Assembly: GCA_043750125.1 (NCBI GenBank)
Contig: JAYVCD010000235.1
Span: 1 to 17,787, forward strand
Origin: Archangiaceae bacterium
GTDB lineage: Bacteria > Myxococcota > Myxococcia > Myxococcales > Myxococcaceae
Direction: 5' to 3'
DNA: 17,787 nt
Position 1 is the stretch's first letter; every line of letters starts with the position of its first letter. Positions 7,105 to 15,079 of the stretch are shown piece after piece. A program made the position numbers and the translations under genes. Below the pieces are notes generated by a model. The model made no database searches and was not told the DNA's origin. It saw only the letters and a program-made list of their open reading frames with translations.

Positions 7105-8763
7105 TCAATACTTCGCGACGACTTCGATTCGAGCTCCGTCAAAGGCCGGGTAGTTGCGACAGACCCCGTTGACGCACTTGATTCCCGCCCGCTGGCCGCC
7201 GACGAAGACCCGCACCAGCAGGTTCTGCAGCACGCTCCAGGTGGCGCTCAGGTTGAAGTAGTTGGGGCGAATGCTCTTCGGTGCCTCGGTGTAGTACTCG
7301 TAGCCGAGCGCCACAGACCAGACATCTCTCTTCAATGAGAGGTAGAGCTGTCCTTCGACCCAGCTGAGGTAGTTGGGTCCCTGCGCATCGCGGTGGCTCA
7401 GATGCAAACCGCTCAGCTCGACGCTGTAGGGACCTTTGATGTGTTGGGTTACGTCGAGCTCGACGTGCCACTCACTTTGAAAGGGCTTTCCCGGGTCGAC
7501 CGAGCCGGCCGCGTATTGGTTGAGGCGGTAACCGCCGGACACCGAGGCCCTCGACGCGTCGTCGTTCCAGTGGATTTCTGCTCCGGCGTAGGGGTCGAAG
7601 ATCTGCGTCTGGTAGATCCGATCGACGAAGCCGGCCATCGAAACGTAGGGGACGAAGTCCTTGTGCAGTCTGAGGCTGGCCCGAATGTGGGCTCCTGCGA
7701 TGTCTGTGTTGTTGAGCAACAGTTGTTGCACCCGCTCGAGAGTCGGAGCGGCCGTGTAGAAATTGCTGAGCGCGAGCTCTGGGGCCTGGGTGGGATCAAG
7801 GCTGGTGGGGATTGCGCTGTAATTCCGGTAGTCCTTGTATTCCAACAGCACAGTCACCGGCCCGAGGTAGGCGCTGCCGCTGGCGTAGAACGCGCTGCTC
7901 GACAGCTCTGTGCCCTGGGTGACGCGTCGCTGATAGGCGTACTCGGCGTAAAGCGCGCCGTAGCTTCCCAGATGGGGCAGCTCGAGCGTGCCGGACACCG
8001 AGGTCACGGTGTCACGGCTGGCCTGAGGCCCCACCACCTGGGCGTTGGCGTAGATGACATGAGAGACATTGACGCCCGGGGTCACCCACTTTCCAAACCG
8101 GTAATCTCCATGCGCCCCGAGGATCACGTCGTTCGGGTTTTCGGCCGCGCGCCCCGTGGCGGGGTCGACGTTGATGATGTTGCTCCACCCCCCGAGCGCG
8201 TTCACCGTCAACCCTGCCACCCGCCCGGTCGCGCTCAAGCCCCGGACAGAGGTGTCGATGCCAAACTCGTCCACCTTGCGCAGGGACAGCACCAGCCCGC
8301 GGCCGTAGGTGGCGTAGCTGTCACCGAGCGTGATGTCCAAATGGCGCGTCGACCAGGTGAGAAAGACCTTCTCGAAGTCGAGCCGGTTTCCGTACCGATT
8401 CAGCAACAGTTGCTGAAGGCGGACATCGGTGGGCAGCGCAAAGGGCGCATTGGCATACAGCGCCGAGTCGATGCGCAGCTGCGCGGTCAAGTCGCCCCAC
8501 GAGGCATCGAGCTGCAGCTTGTTCAGCCAGTCGACGTAGTTGCTTCCCGTCGGGTCGTACGACACCGTTCCCCGCGGAGCGGTGTTCCCGTTGTCCAGGT
8601 GGTACGAGCTGCGCAGCACCTCGGAGAGCCCGACGCGTGCCGGCGTTTCCATCCGTTCTACGACCGGAGGCGCCGGGACGGGGATGATCGCCAACGGAGC
8701 GGGCTCGGCGGCAGCGCCGAACCCCAGCAGCAAAGCGATCGCCAGCCCCCACCCAGAGGTCAT
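7105..8763 (-). CDS. Outer-membrane beta-barrel protein, DUF6029-like
   Basis: Signal peptide; alternating aromatic beta-strands; LGDSYATYGRGLVLSLR, LLEYKDY and APTLER motifs; C-terminus GGQRAGIKCVNGVCRNYPAFDGARIEVVAKY ending in an aromatic residue. Confidence 0.75.
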   Translation of the reverse strand: MTSGWGLAIALLLGFGAAAEPAPLAIIPVPAPPVVERMETPARVGLSEVLRSSYHLDNGNTAPRGTVSYDPTGSNYVDWLNKLQLDASWGDLTAQLRIDSALYANAPFALPTDVRLQQLLLNRYGNRLDFEKVFLTWSTRHLDITLGDSYATYGRGLVLSLRKVDEFGIDTSVRGLSATGRVAGLTVNALGGWSNIINVDPATGRAAENPNDVILGAHGDYRFGKWVTPGVNVSHVIYANAQVVGPQASRDTVTSVSGTLELPHLGSYGALYAEYAYQRRVTQGTELSSSAFYASGSAYLGPVTVLLEYKDYRNYSAIPTSLDPTQAPELALSNFYTAAPTLERVQQLLLNNTDIAGAHIRASLRLHKDFVPYVSMAGFVDRIYQTQIFDPYAGAEIHWNDDASRASVSGGYRLNQYAAGSVDPGKPFQSEWHVELDVTQHIKGPYSVELSGLHLSHRDAQGPNYLSWVEGQLYLSLKRDVWSVALGYEYYTEAPKSIRPNYFNLSATWSVLQNLLVRVFVGGQRAGIKCVNGVCRNYPAFDGARIEVVAKY

Positions 8764-9302
8764 TGCGGCTTGGCGGCCAGCAGCTTTTCGATCTGCCCGT
8801 CCAACACCTTTGCGGACCCGGGCTCGAAGCCGGTGGTCTCACTGGCAATCGTCCCGTCTCGAGCGATGACCACGGTGTACGGGGCGCTCTTGTGGGTGTT
8901 GTAGAGGCTCGCGGCCTTCCCGCTGGTATCGAGCAGCACTCCAAAAGCAAAGCCGTTCTCGTGCACGTAGGGCGCAACCAGCATCGCAGTCGAAGGATCA
9001 TCCATCGAGATCGCGAACACGCTCAGGCCCGCGTCCTTGTGCGCGCGGTAGATCCGATCGAGGTGGGGCAGCTCGGTCTTACAGGGCTCACACCAGGTAT
9101 CCCAGAAGGCGAGGATCACCACGTCCCGGCCCAGATGCTCGGACAGGCGAACCGGGTCGCCTTCCACCGAGTTGAGCTCGAAGTCGGGCAGCCTGGAGGC
9201 CGCCCGGTTCTGCGCAGACGGCCCAGCGGACGAAGTCGTTGCGCAGGAAGCGAGCGCCCCGGCCAACAGAGCGACGCTCAGCGCTCGGCTCTTACAGCCC
9301 AT
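8760..9302 (-). CDS. TlpA-family thiol-disulfide oxidoreductase, lipoprotein
   Basis: Lipobox LASC; LPDFEL; FWDTWCEPCKTELPHL; cis-Pro motif SAPYTVVI. ATGA overlap with the downstream gene. Confidence 0.93.
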   Translation of the reverse strand: MGCKSRALSVALLAGALASCATTSSAGPSAQNRAASRLPDFELNSVEGDPVRLSEHLGRDVVILAFWDTWCEPCKTELPHLDRIYRAHKDAGLSVFAISMDDPSTAMLVAPYVHENGFAFGVLLDTSGKAASLYNTHKSAPYTVVIARDGTIASETTGFEPGSAKVLDGQIEKLLAAKPQ

Positions 9303-10044
9303 TCAGCGCCGCTTCCCATTTCTGATACGTGGGTTCCAGCCCGTACCAGGCGCTCACAATCGTCATCGTCTTCAAGTCGATCACCAGGTTCGTCGGAAAC
9401 GCAGACGGGTTGATGCCCTGGGCCAGCAGGCGTTGGGTGGGGTCGATCACCAGCGACGACTGCACCTGGTGCTGATTGGCCCAGGTCTCGAGGTCGGCCG
9501 CCACCGGCGCGTTGTGGGCGCTTTGGTCGTACCCTTCCGCGAGGACCGTCATGAAGATTCCTCCCCGGCTGACCCAATTGGCGATCAGGGTCTTCTTCGT
9601 TCCCACCAACCCGAGCTCTTGCGCTTCCTGGTTGCAGGGCCCGCACCAGCCGGCGCTGATGTCGAGGAGCAGGAAGCGAAACCGCTTCCCGTTGGCATCC
9701 ACCGCGTTGCGAATGGCCTGCAGATCGAGGTTCTCGAGCTTCGGCAAGGTGTTGACCTTCACCCCTGCACCCACCGCCAGGTAGCCGGGGAAAGTGAAGT
9801 TCTCGATGACCCGGTTCACACTCACGCCATAGGGCCCCGAAGGGTAGGCGCCGAGGCCGGCATCCACGGTGCCCGCATCGAAGGTGCCCGCGTCTACCTG
9901 GCCCGCATCGACGGTGCCGGCGTCCGTTCCCGCGTCGTCCTTGCCGGGACCCAGGTTGGCATCAGGCTCTTCCGAGCTGACGAGGTTCGTGCACGCGAGC
10001 GTGGTGAAGCAAAGAAGGGTGACCAGCCAATTTCGAAGATTCAT
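9292..10044 (-). CDS. Thioredoxin-fold (redoxin-like) lipoprotein with DAG-repeat linker
   Basis: Start reassigned to ATG 10044 (GGAG upstream). Signal peptide MNLRNWLVTLLCFTTLAC; YPSGPYG; ISAGWCGPCNQEA; AFPTNLVID. Overlaps the TlpA gene by 11 nt. Confidence 0.88.
   Translation of the reverse strand: MNLRNWLVTLLCFTTLACTNLVSSEEPDANLGPGKDDAGTDAGTVDAGQVDAGTFDAGTVDAGLGAYPSGPYGVSVNRVIENFTFPGYLAVGAGVKVNTLPKLENLDLQAIRNAVDANGKRFRFLLLDISAGWCGPCNQEAQELGLVGTKKTLIANWVSRGGIFMTVLAEGYDQSAHNAPVAADLETWANQHQVQSSLVIDPTQRLLAQGINPSAFPTNLVIDLKTMTIVSAWYGLEPTYQKWEAALNGL
9856..9936 (-). repeat. Degenerate 15-bp coding tandem repeat (DAGxx)n
   Basis: Plus-strand units gccggcatccacggt / gcccgcatcgaaggt / gcccgcgtctacctg / gcccgcatcgacggt encode DAGTDAGTVDAGQVDAGTFDAGTVDAG. 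Confidence 0.85.
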
Positions 10045-10084
10045 GGTTTCGAGCTCCGCTCCCAATGACGTCGCCAACAACGAG

Positions 10085-12013
10085 CTAATGGCAATACCCC
10101 GAGCGCTTGAACGAGGCAAACGCTGTGCACGTTTGACCCGCTGCGCACGCATCCGGGGTACCGCCGTCCACGGTCGGGTCGCACAACCGGGTGCAGGTCC
10201 GAGTCGCGCTGGTCGAGCTGCCCAGGCAATACGCGCCGGGCTCGCACTGATCCACCGCGCCCTCGACGCACGTCTGCCCGACCTTGACCGGCACCTTCAT
10301 TCCCGCGCCGCAGTAGCCCCGCGGCAGACCGACCACCGGATCTCCAATGATCCAATTGCAGTGCGCCGGAGCTCCGCCGCAGTAGTTGACGCACCCCGAG
10401 TGCTCCAGGTCTGCGAACGGATCGCACGGGTCGGCGCAACCCCCGAACTGGTAGTCCGAGATCAGGTCCAGACCCTGGGGGGAAATGCAGGTCTTGTCCT
10501 GCCCGCAGGTCGGCGTTCCTCCACGGCCCAGCGCGGCCGCGTCACAGATCGCCGCGCAACGGGCTCCGAGGCAGACCGCACCGGGACCACAATTGGCGCG
10601 GGTGGCTTCGCGGCCGGCGCGGGGATCACACGCCTGGCCGGCCGTCGCTTCAGGGCTCGCGCTCACCGGGCTGCAGAATCCCAAAATGGTGCTGTTGCTG
10701 CTCACGTAGCGCGGCAGACAGATGGTGTTGGGTTTGTCCTTACAGGGCTTGTAGAGCACGGCCGGATCACCGACCGCCGTCGTCTGCCCTTCGACGAAAC
10801 AAAGCGCGGGCTGGCACGCAGCGCCGCCTCCGTAGTTCAAGCAGTAGTTGGTCACCCGCTGCCGGTTGGCGAGATTCGAATCGTAGAAAGTGGAGCCGCG
10901 GCAATCGCTGTCCGAACCGCAAGCAGGCATGCACTTCTTCTTCCCGTCGTAGAAACTCAAACACGACGTCTTCCGGGGATCCCCGACCGTCTGGGTGCAA
11001 GTGCCGGAGCAGGAGTCGCCTTCCTCGGGCTGGCTGCAAAGCCCGCCACTGCACAACAACACCTGCGGGCGATAGCCGAGGTTCTGCCCCACGACTTTGT
11101 AGAAGCACGGGTCGTAGCCCTGGTTGGTCGACGAGTTGGGATTGCAGCTGTCGCCCGCGCTGCATCCCGCGGTGAACAGAGTGCAGGCGACGTTGGTGCG
11201 GGTGAGGCCACACAGCCCGGGGGTTTCCATTCCTGCGTCGTCCGTTCCCGCATCGGAAGGGAACACGCACGCGACCCCCGGCGCACAGTGACGCGCAGTG
11301 GAATCGCACGGCTCGCCCGGCTGACCCAGGTGACAGATGCCGCCGCCGTCGGCGATGGCGACGCAGTCCAGCCGGCTTCCCGAGGCGAGCGAACCACAGC
11401 AATCGACCCCCCCGAGGCAGGGCCCGCCTTCCTGGGCGCACGTCAGCTGGCTCGAGGGGTCGCTGCACTGTCCCTTCTGGCAACTTCCCGGAGCGCAACA
11501 ATCGCCCCCGTCCGCCGCGCAGGCGCCACCGAAGGGCTGACAGGCTCCGACCGCCACAGGGCAGGGCGCGCGACAGTGCCCGGTGCCATCACAGGAAAGG
11601 CCGGCACAGCAGGCTTCACCGGTCGCTCCACACGCGTTGCCCAGACCCAGGCACGCGCAGACGCCCTGGTCGCAGCTGAACCCCGTGCAACAGGTGCCCA
11701 GGCCGGTGCAGCTTCCGCCGGCTGTCGAGCAGGGCGGGGCACAGACGCCATTGGAGCAATTGAGCCCGGCACAGCACGGGTCGGTGGCAGAGCAGCTGTT
11801 GCCAAGGCTCAAGCAGACCGGACCGCAGGCGGCATTGCGGCACTTGAGCTCTGGGCAGCAGGGCTGGGCCTCCGAGCAGCTCTCTTGAGACATCGAGCAC
11901 ACGTTGCCGCAGCCGTTGGTGCCGCACGAATACTCGGGCGCCGGCGGTTTGGAGCAGCCCGCGGTGAGCGCGAGGAGGACGAGGCAAAACTGGGTCTTCA
12001 GTGATTGAGACAA
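10085..12013 (-). CDS. Very Cys-rich lipoprotein with six tandem C-C-CC-C-C (knottin-like) repeats
   Basis: Signal peptide and lipobox KTQFCLVLLALTAGC; about 83 Cys counted by hand in the mature chain. Start is uncertain (TTG 12013 or GTG 12025). Confidence 0.85.
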   Translation of the reverse strand: MSQSLKTQFCLVLLALTAGCSKPPAPEYSCGTNGCGNVCSMSQESCSEAQPCCPELKCRNAACGPVCLSLGNSCSATDPCCAGLNCSNGVCAPPCSTAGGSCTGLGTCCTGFSCDQGVCACLGLGNACGATGEACCAGLSCDGTGHCRAPCPVAVGACQPFGGACAADGGDCCAPGSCQKGQCSDPSSQLTCAQEGGPCLGGVDCCGSLASGSRLDCVAIADGGGICHLGQPGEPCDSTARHCAPGVACVFPSDAGTDDAGMETPGLCGLTRTNVACTLFTAGCSAGDSCNPNSSTNQGYDPCFYKVVGQNLGYRPQVLLCSGGLCSQPEEGDSCSGTCTQTVGDPRKTSCLSFYDGKKKCMPACGSDSDCRGSTFYDSNLANRQRVTNYCLNYGGGAACQPALCFVEGQTTAVGDPAVLYKPCKDKPNTICLPRYVSSNSTILGFCSPVSASPEATAGQACDPRAGREATRANCGPGAVCLGARCAAICDAAALGRGGTPTCGQDKTCISPQGLDLISDYQFGGCADPCDPFADLEHSGCVNYCGGAPAHCNWIIGDPVVGLPRGYCGAGMKVPVKVGQTCVEGAVDQCEPGAYCLGSSTSATRTCTRLCDPTVDGGTPDACAAGQTCTAFASFKRSGYCH

Positions 12014-12131
12014 CGTTACCGCCACGGGTGAAAGAGAACGGGCAGCAGTTAGTTGATCGGCGCGCAAGGTGCCAGCCACCCGGGTGAAAGGCAATCGGAA
12101 AGCCCCGTCAGCCACCGGCAGGAACTGAACG

Positions 12132-13043
12132 CTACCCGGCGCCGGTGGGGACTTCGAACCCACCCATTCCGGTAGCCCACCCCATCGAATAGCGGGCATT
12201 GAGCTCGCACCGGGGTTGGAAATGCTGCGTCCCATCGGGCGCACGCCAACGAAAAGCATCCAGGCCGAAGGGCCCGAAATACCCCGCCCGGCTCAATGCC
12301 TGTGCAGTCGTGCGGGCCGCATCTTCCAGCTGCGCGCGCTCTTCGAAGTCGAGGTCCGGGGGCGAAGAGCGTCGGGTCGACAGCCACCTTCCCGAGGCAT
12401 CGATGGTTTGTACCGTGGGCTCCCCGAGGCTCAAACCGCCCTCGGGCCCCAACCACCCGTGCAAGCCACAGTCGAGCTCTCGTGCCACCAGGGGTTCAAC
12501 TTGCAGCCCGTCGCCCGACCGAAGGGCCGCCTCGATCCACGTTCGATCGCTGGGGCGCAGCAGGCTCGAGGCGATCTTTCTTCGTCCGCGCCCGGCGTAA
12601 CCCAGCGGCCGCTTCATCAGCCAGTTCCGCTCGATCGAAACGCCGGCCAGCAGTTTCGAATCCAGGAGCACTTCGAGCAGCTGACTTTGGGTGTGAACGA
12701 ACCGCGCCCCGGGCAGCGCTTGTCCCAGCGCGTGCGCGAAATGTCTGTGATTGACCTGGCGCAGCACCTTGCTTGACGGGGCGGGCGGCACCCGCAGCCC
12801 AGCGCGCGCCAATTGTTCACCGCTCCACCGCGTCGGGCACCACGCCCGACCCCAGCCCCCGCGAAGGCCCCGCCCTTCGCCCGGCCAGACCACTTCGTCT
12901 TCCGGTTGCATCAGTGGGCGCAGCCCCGGCAACAAGCCCTCGACCCGCGCTCGCGTCGCCCGGGTAGGGGTATGAGGACCGCCGCGCGCCAGCTCGTCTT
13001 CCGCGTCGAGGTTGAAGACCCAGCCCACGGACTGACGACTCAA
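12132..13043 (-). CDS. ATP-grasp-fold hypothetical protein
   Basis: WLMKRPLGYAGRGRR, VEPLV..D.G, GYFGPFGLDAF and CELNARYSMG (ExNxR) motifs. Probable TTG start overlaps the upstream stop (TTGA); GTG 13028 is an alternative. Confidence 0.75.
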   Translation of the reverse strand: MSRQSVGWVFNLDAEDELARGGPHTPTRATRARVEGLLPGLRPLMQPEDEVVWPGEGRGLRGGWGRAWCPTRWSGEQLARAGLRVPPAPSSKVLRQVNHRHFAHALGQALPGARFVHTQSQLLEVLLDSKLLAGVSIERNWLMKRPLGYAGRGRRKIASSLLRPSDRTWIEAALRSGDGLQVEPLVARELDCGLHGWLGPEGGLSLGEPTVQTIDASGRWLSTRRSSPPDLDFEERAQLEDAARTTAQALSRAGYFGPFGLDAFRWRAPDGTQHFQPRCELNARYSMGWATGMGGFEVPTGAG

Positions 13044-13852
13044 AGCCGACCCGCGGGCCCGGGATCCCACCCGGCCAGAGCCTCGAGAAATTCTGCCGAG
13101 TACCCGGCTCGCAAACGCGCCTCGACGTTCAGGGGCAGGCCCCGCGCCATCACCGGGCTGATCGGAGCGGGCAGGTAGGTGCGCCATTTGTCGAACGCCA
13201 CGTCACCGGTGAACACCTCAAACCAATGCAATGCAAACGCGGTGTGCGGCACTTCTTCCTCGACAATCTGCGCCTGAATCTCAGCCGCGCGTGCATCTCC
13301 GGCGGCGGCAAATGCCGCGGTGTAGCGCGCTCCGTGATCGAGGTTGGCGCCCTCGAACGCGATCCCCAACCGGGCCACGAAATGCGCAGGGGTCGGGTTG
13401 TCCGCCGGGACCCGTTTCCAGAACCAATCATTGACGGTGAAAGATCCAAACGGGTGCCCGAGGGTCTCGAGGTGATCGCGGTACATTTGAAGGTGGCGAA
13501 TCTCGTCGCGACACAGCCCGAGCAGTCCCCGTCGAAACGCGGTCGGAGTCGCCGGAAACGCGAGAATCGCCCACGCCATCAGCTCGGCCGCCTGCAGCTC
13601 ATGATGCAAGAAGGTGTGCAGCACTTCCGCGCGCCGCGCCGGCAACTGCACTTTCGGAGTCTTCTTCTTGTGCTCCCGCGCCACCATCTCGGGTGGACGC
13701 CCCGGCCTCGCCAACACCACCTGTTCGGGCGCGGAGCTCCAGGTCGTCGGCGGCGGGGGCGGGGCGAGCTTGTCCGACAACCGGGTCGAACGGATGAAGT
13801 CCCAGGCCCAACGCTCGACGGTTCCGGCTGGAGGTGGGGGCTGTTCCGACAT
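13040..13852 (-). CDS. DUF455-family ferritin-like di-iron protein
   Basis: LHTFLHHELQAAELMAWA, DEIRH, EGANLDH and EEVPH..FALHWF give the E..ExxH..E..ExxH ligand pattern. Confidence 0.85.
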   Translation of the reverse strand: MSEQPPPPAGTVERWAWDFIRSTRLSDKLAPPPPPTTWSSAPEQVVLARPGRPPEMVAREHKKKTPKVQLPARRAEVLHTFLHHELQAAELMAWAILAFPATPTAFRRGLLGLCRDEIRHLQMYRDHLETLGHPFGSFTVNDWFWKRVPADNPTPAHFVARLGIAFEGANLDHGARYTAAFAAAGDARAAEIQAQIVEEEVPHTAFALHWFEVFTGDVAFDKWRTYLPAPISPVMARGLPLNVEARLRAGYSAEFLEALAGWDPGPAGRL

Positions 13853-13963
13853 GCGTCGCCATCTCTAGCGCGCCTCGGGCGACCTTCGCGGATCGAAAAC
13901 CAGCGCATCGGGAAAGAGCAGCTATTCTCTGCCGCCCAACCCCGTTTCACTCCCAAGGAATTC

Positions 13964-14821
13964 ATGTCCTTTTCTGGCTACTCCCGTTGGCTTGCCGCTC
14001 TTTGCCTGTTGTCTGTCGTCGGCTGTGCGAGCGGGGGAACCGGCGGCGTCGGGGGTGGCGGTGGCAGCACCGATGGGGGTGGCGACTTTGCGATTGGCCT
14101 CTCTTCTGGCCTGACTCCGACCATCAACTGGCCCGGAGCCAACGCGCTGGGGCTGGCCATCGCCGAGTACCCGGGTACCTCGGTACGTTTGTGGGTTCTG
14201 GCCACTACCGGCGCCGGCTTCGGCAACTCGGTCGTCTACGCCACCGTCCCTACCGGCGCGACCCAGGCTGAGCCGAGCAGCGGAGCGCCTGCCGCGATCG
14301 TGTCCGGGAAGCAGTACGTCATCACCATCACCCGATCAGACGGGAAGGCTGCCTCGCAGGTCTTCTCGGGCGGCACTGCGATCGGGCCCCAGGCCGCGTG
14401 CTCGCCCCCGGGCGACGGTACCGTCTTTGGCACCTGGAAGGCCGATTCCGACATCCTCGACACCACCGGCACGCTGACCCTGACCACCCAGCGCAGCTCT
14501 CCCAGCATCGATACCGTCGGCACCTACACCCTCGATCTCAATCTCACTTCGTCCGCCACCGCGGCCCGGTACCCCGGCTGCCACGACACCACGCGATTGC
14601 TCGGCAGCTTCACGCTCGACAAGACCGCGGCGACGACCAACTTCGTCTTCGTCTCGGCCGGCACCTCCAACCGCACCGGGTGCACGAACGCTACCGACAA
14701 CGCGGCCAACGGAAACAGCTCGGCCGATGGCACCTATTTCAAGACGAAGCTGGTCGGCTCGTACTCGGTGACCCCCTGCGTTCTTGATCTGAAGGGCGTG
14801 AAATTTACCCACCAGCCATAG
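13964..14821 (+). CDS. Hypothetical lipoprotein (Gly-rich linker, two beta-rich domains)
   Basis: RBS AAGGA then ATG 13964; lipobox SVVGC; GGTGGVGGGGG linker; Thr-rich C-terminal domain with 4 Cys. Confidence 0.8.
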   Translation: MSFSGYSRWLAALCLLSVVGCASGGTGGVGGGGGSTDGGGDFAIGLSSGLTPTINWPGANALGLAIAEYPGTSVRLWVLATTGAGFGNSVVYATVPTGATQAEPSSGAPAAIVSGKQYVITITRSDGKAASQVFSGGTAIGPQAACSPPGDGTVFGTWKADSDILDTTGTLTLTTQRSSPSIDTVGTYTLDLNLTSSATAARYPGCHDTTRLLGSFTLDKTAATTNFVFVSAGTSNRTGCTNATDNAANGNSSADGTYFKTKLVGSYSVTPCVLDLKGVKFTHQP

Positions 14822-14847
14822 CGGCTTGCCTGAAATCGCGGGGCCCC

Positions 14848-15079
14848 ATGTTCTCTCGGAGAGATCCATCGGCTCCCCACCGGCTCGAATTTCCCCCGGC
14901 CCTACAACGCCGCGGCAGATCTGCTCGACCAGTGCGTCGAGCAGGGACGCGCAGGTCACACGGCTTTCACCGACGCCCAGGCGGTGCTGGGGATTCGCGC
15001 CGACGACATTGTCTATTCGGCCGCCAAGCTTCCCAAGACCGCGACCGGCAAGATTCAGAGGTTCAAGTTGCGTGGGTGA
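14848..15079 (+). pseudogene. Benzoate-CoA ligase family relic (frameshift plus two large internal deletions)
   Basis: MFSRRDPSAPHRLE, a frameshift at about 14890, then FPRPYNAAADLLDQCVEQGRAGHTAFTDA | QAVLGIRADDIVYSAAKL | PKTATGKIQRFKLRG-stop. N-terminal, central and C-terminal (A10, GKIQR) signatures of an enzyme of about 520 aa fit into about 76 codons. Confidence 0.85.

Noticed and set aside
7393-8904. 503-aa plus-strand ORF
   Set aside because: Antisense shadow of the barrel and TlpA genes. It has no motifs, and long shadow ORFs are expected in high-GC DNA.
9869-12004. 711-aa plus-strand ORF
   Set aside because: Ala/Arg-rich antisense shadow of the Cys-rich lipoprotein gene.
13226-13963. 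N-terminal 246 aa of the 531-aa ORF
   Set aside because: Antisense to DUF455. The real gene starts at ATG 13964 with an RBS and a lipoprotein signal peptide.
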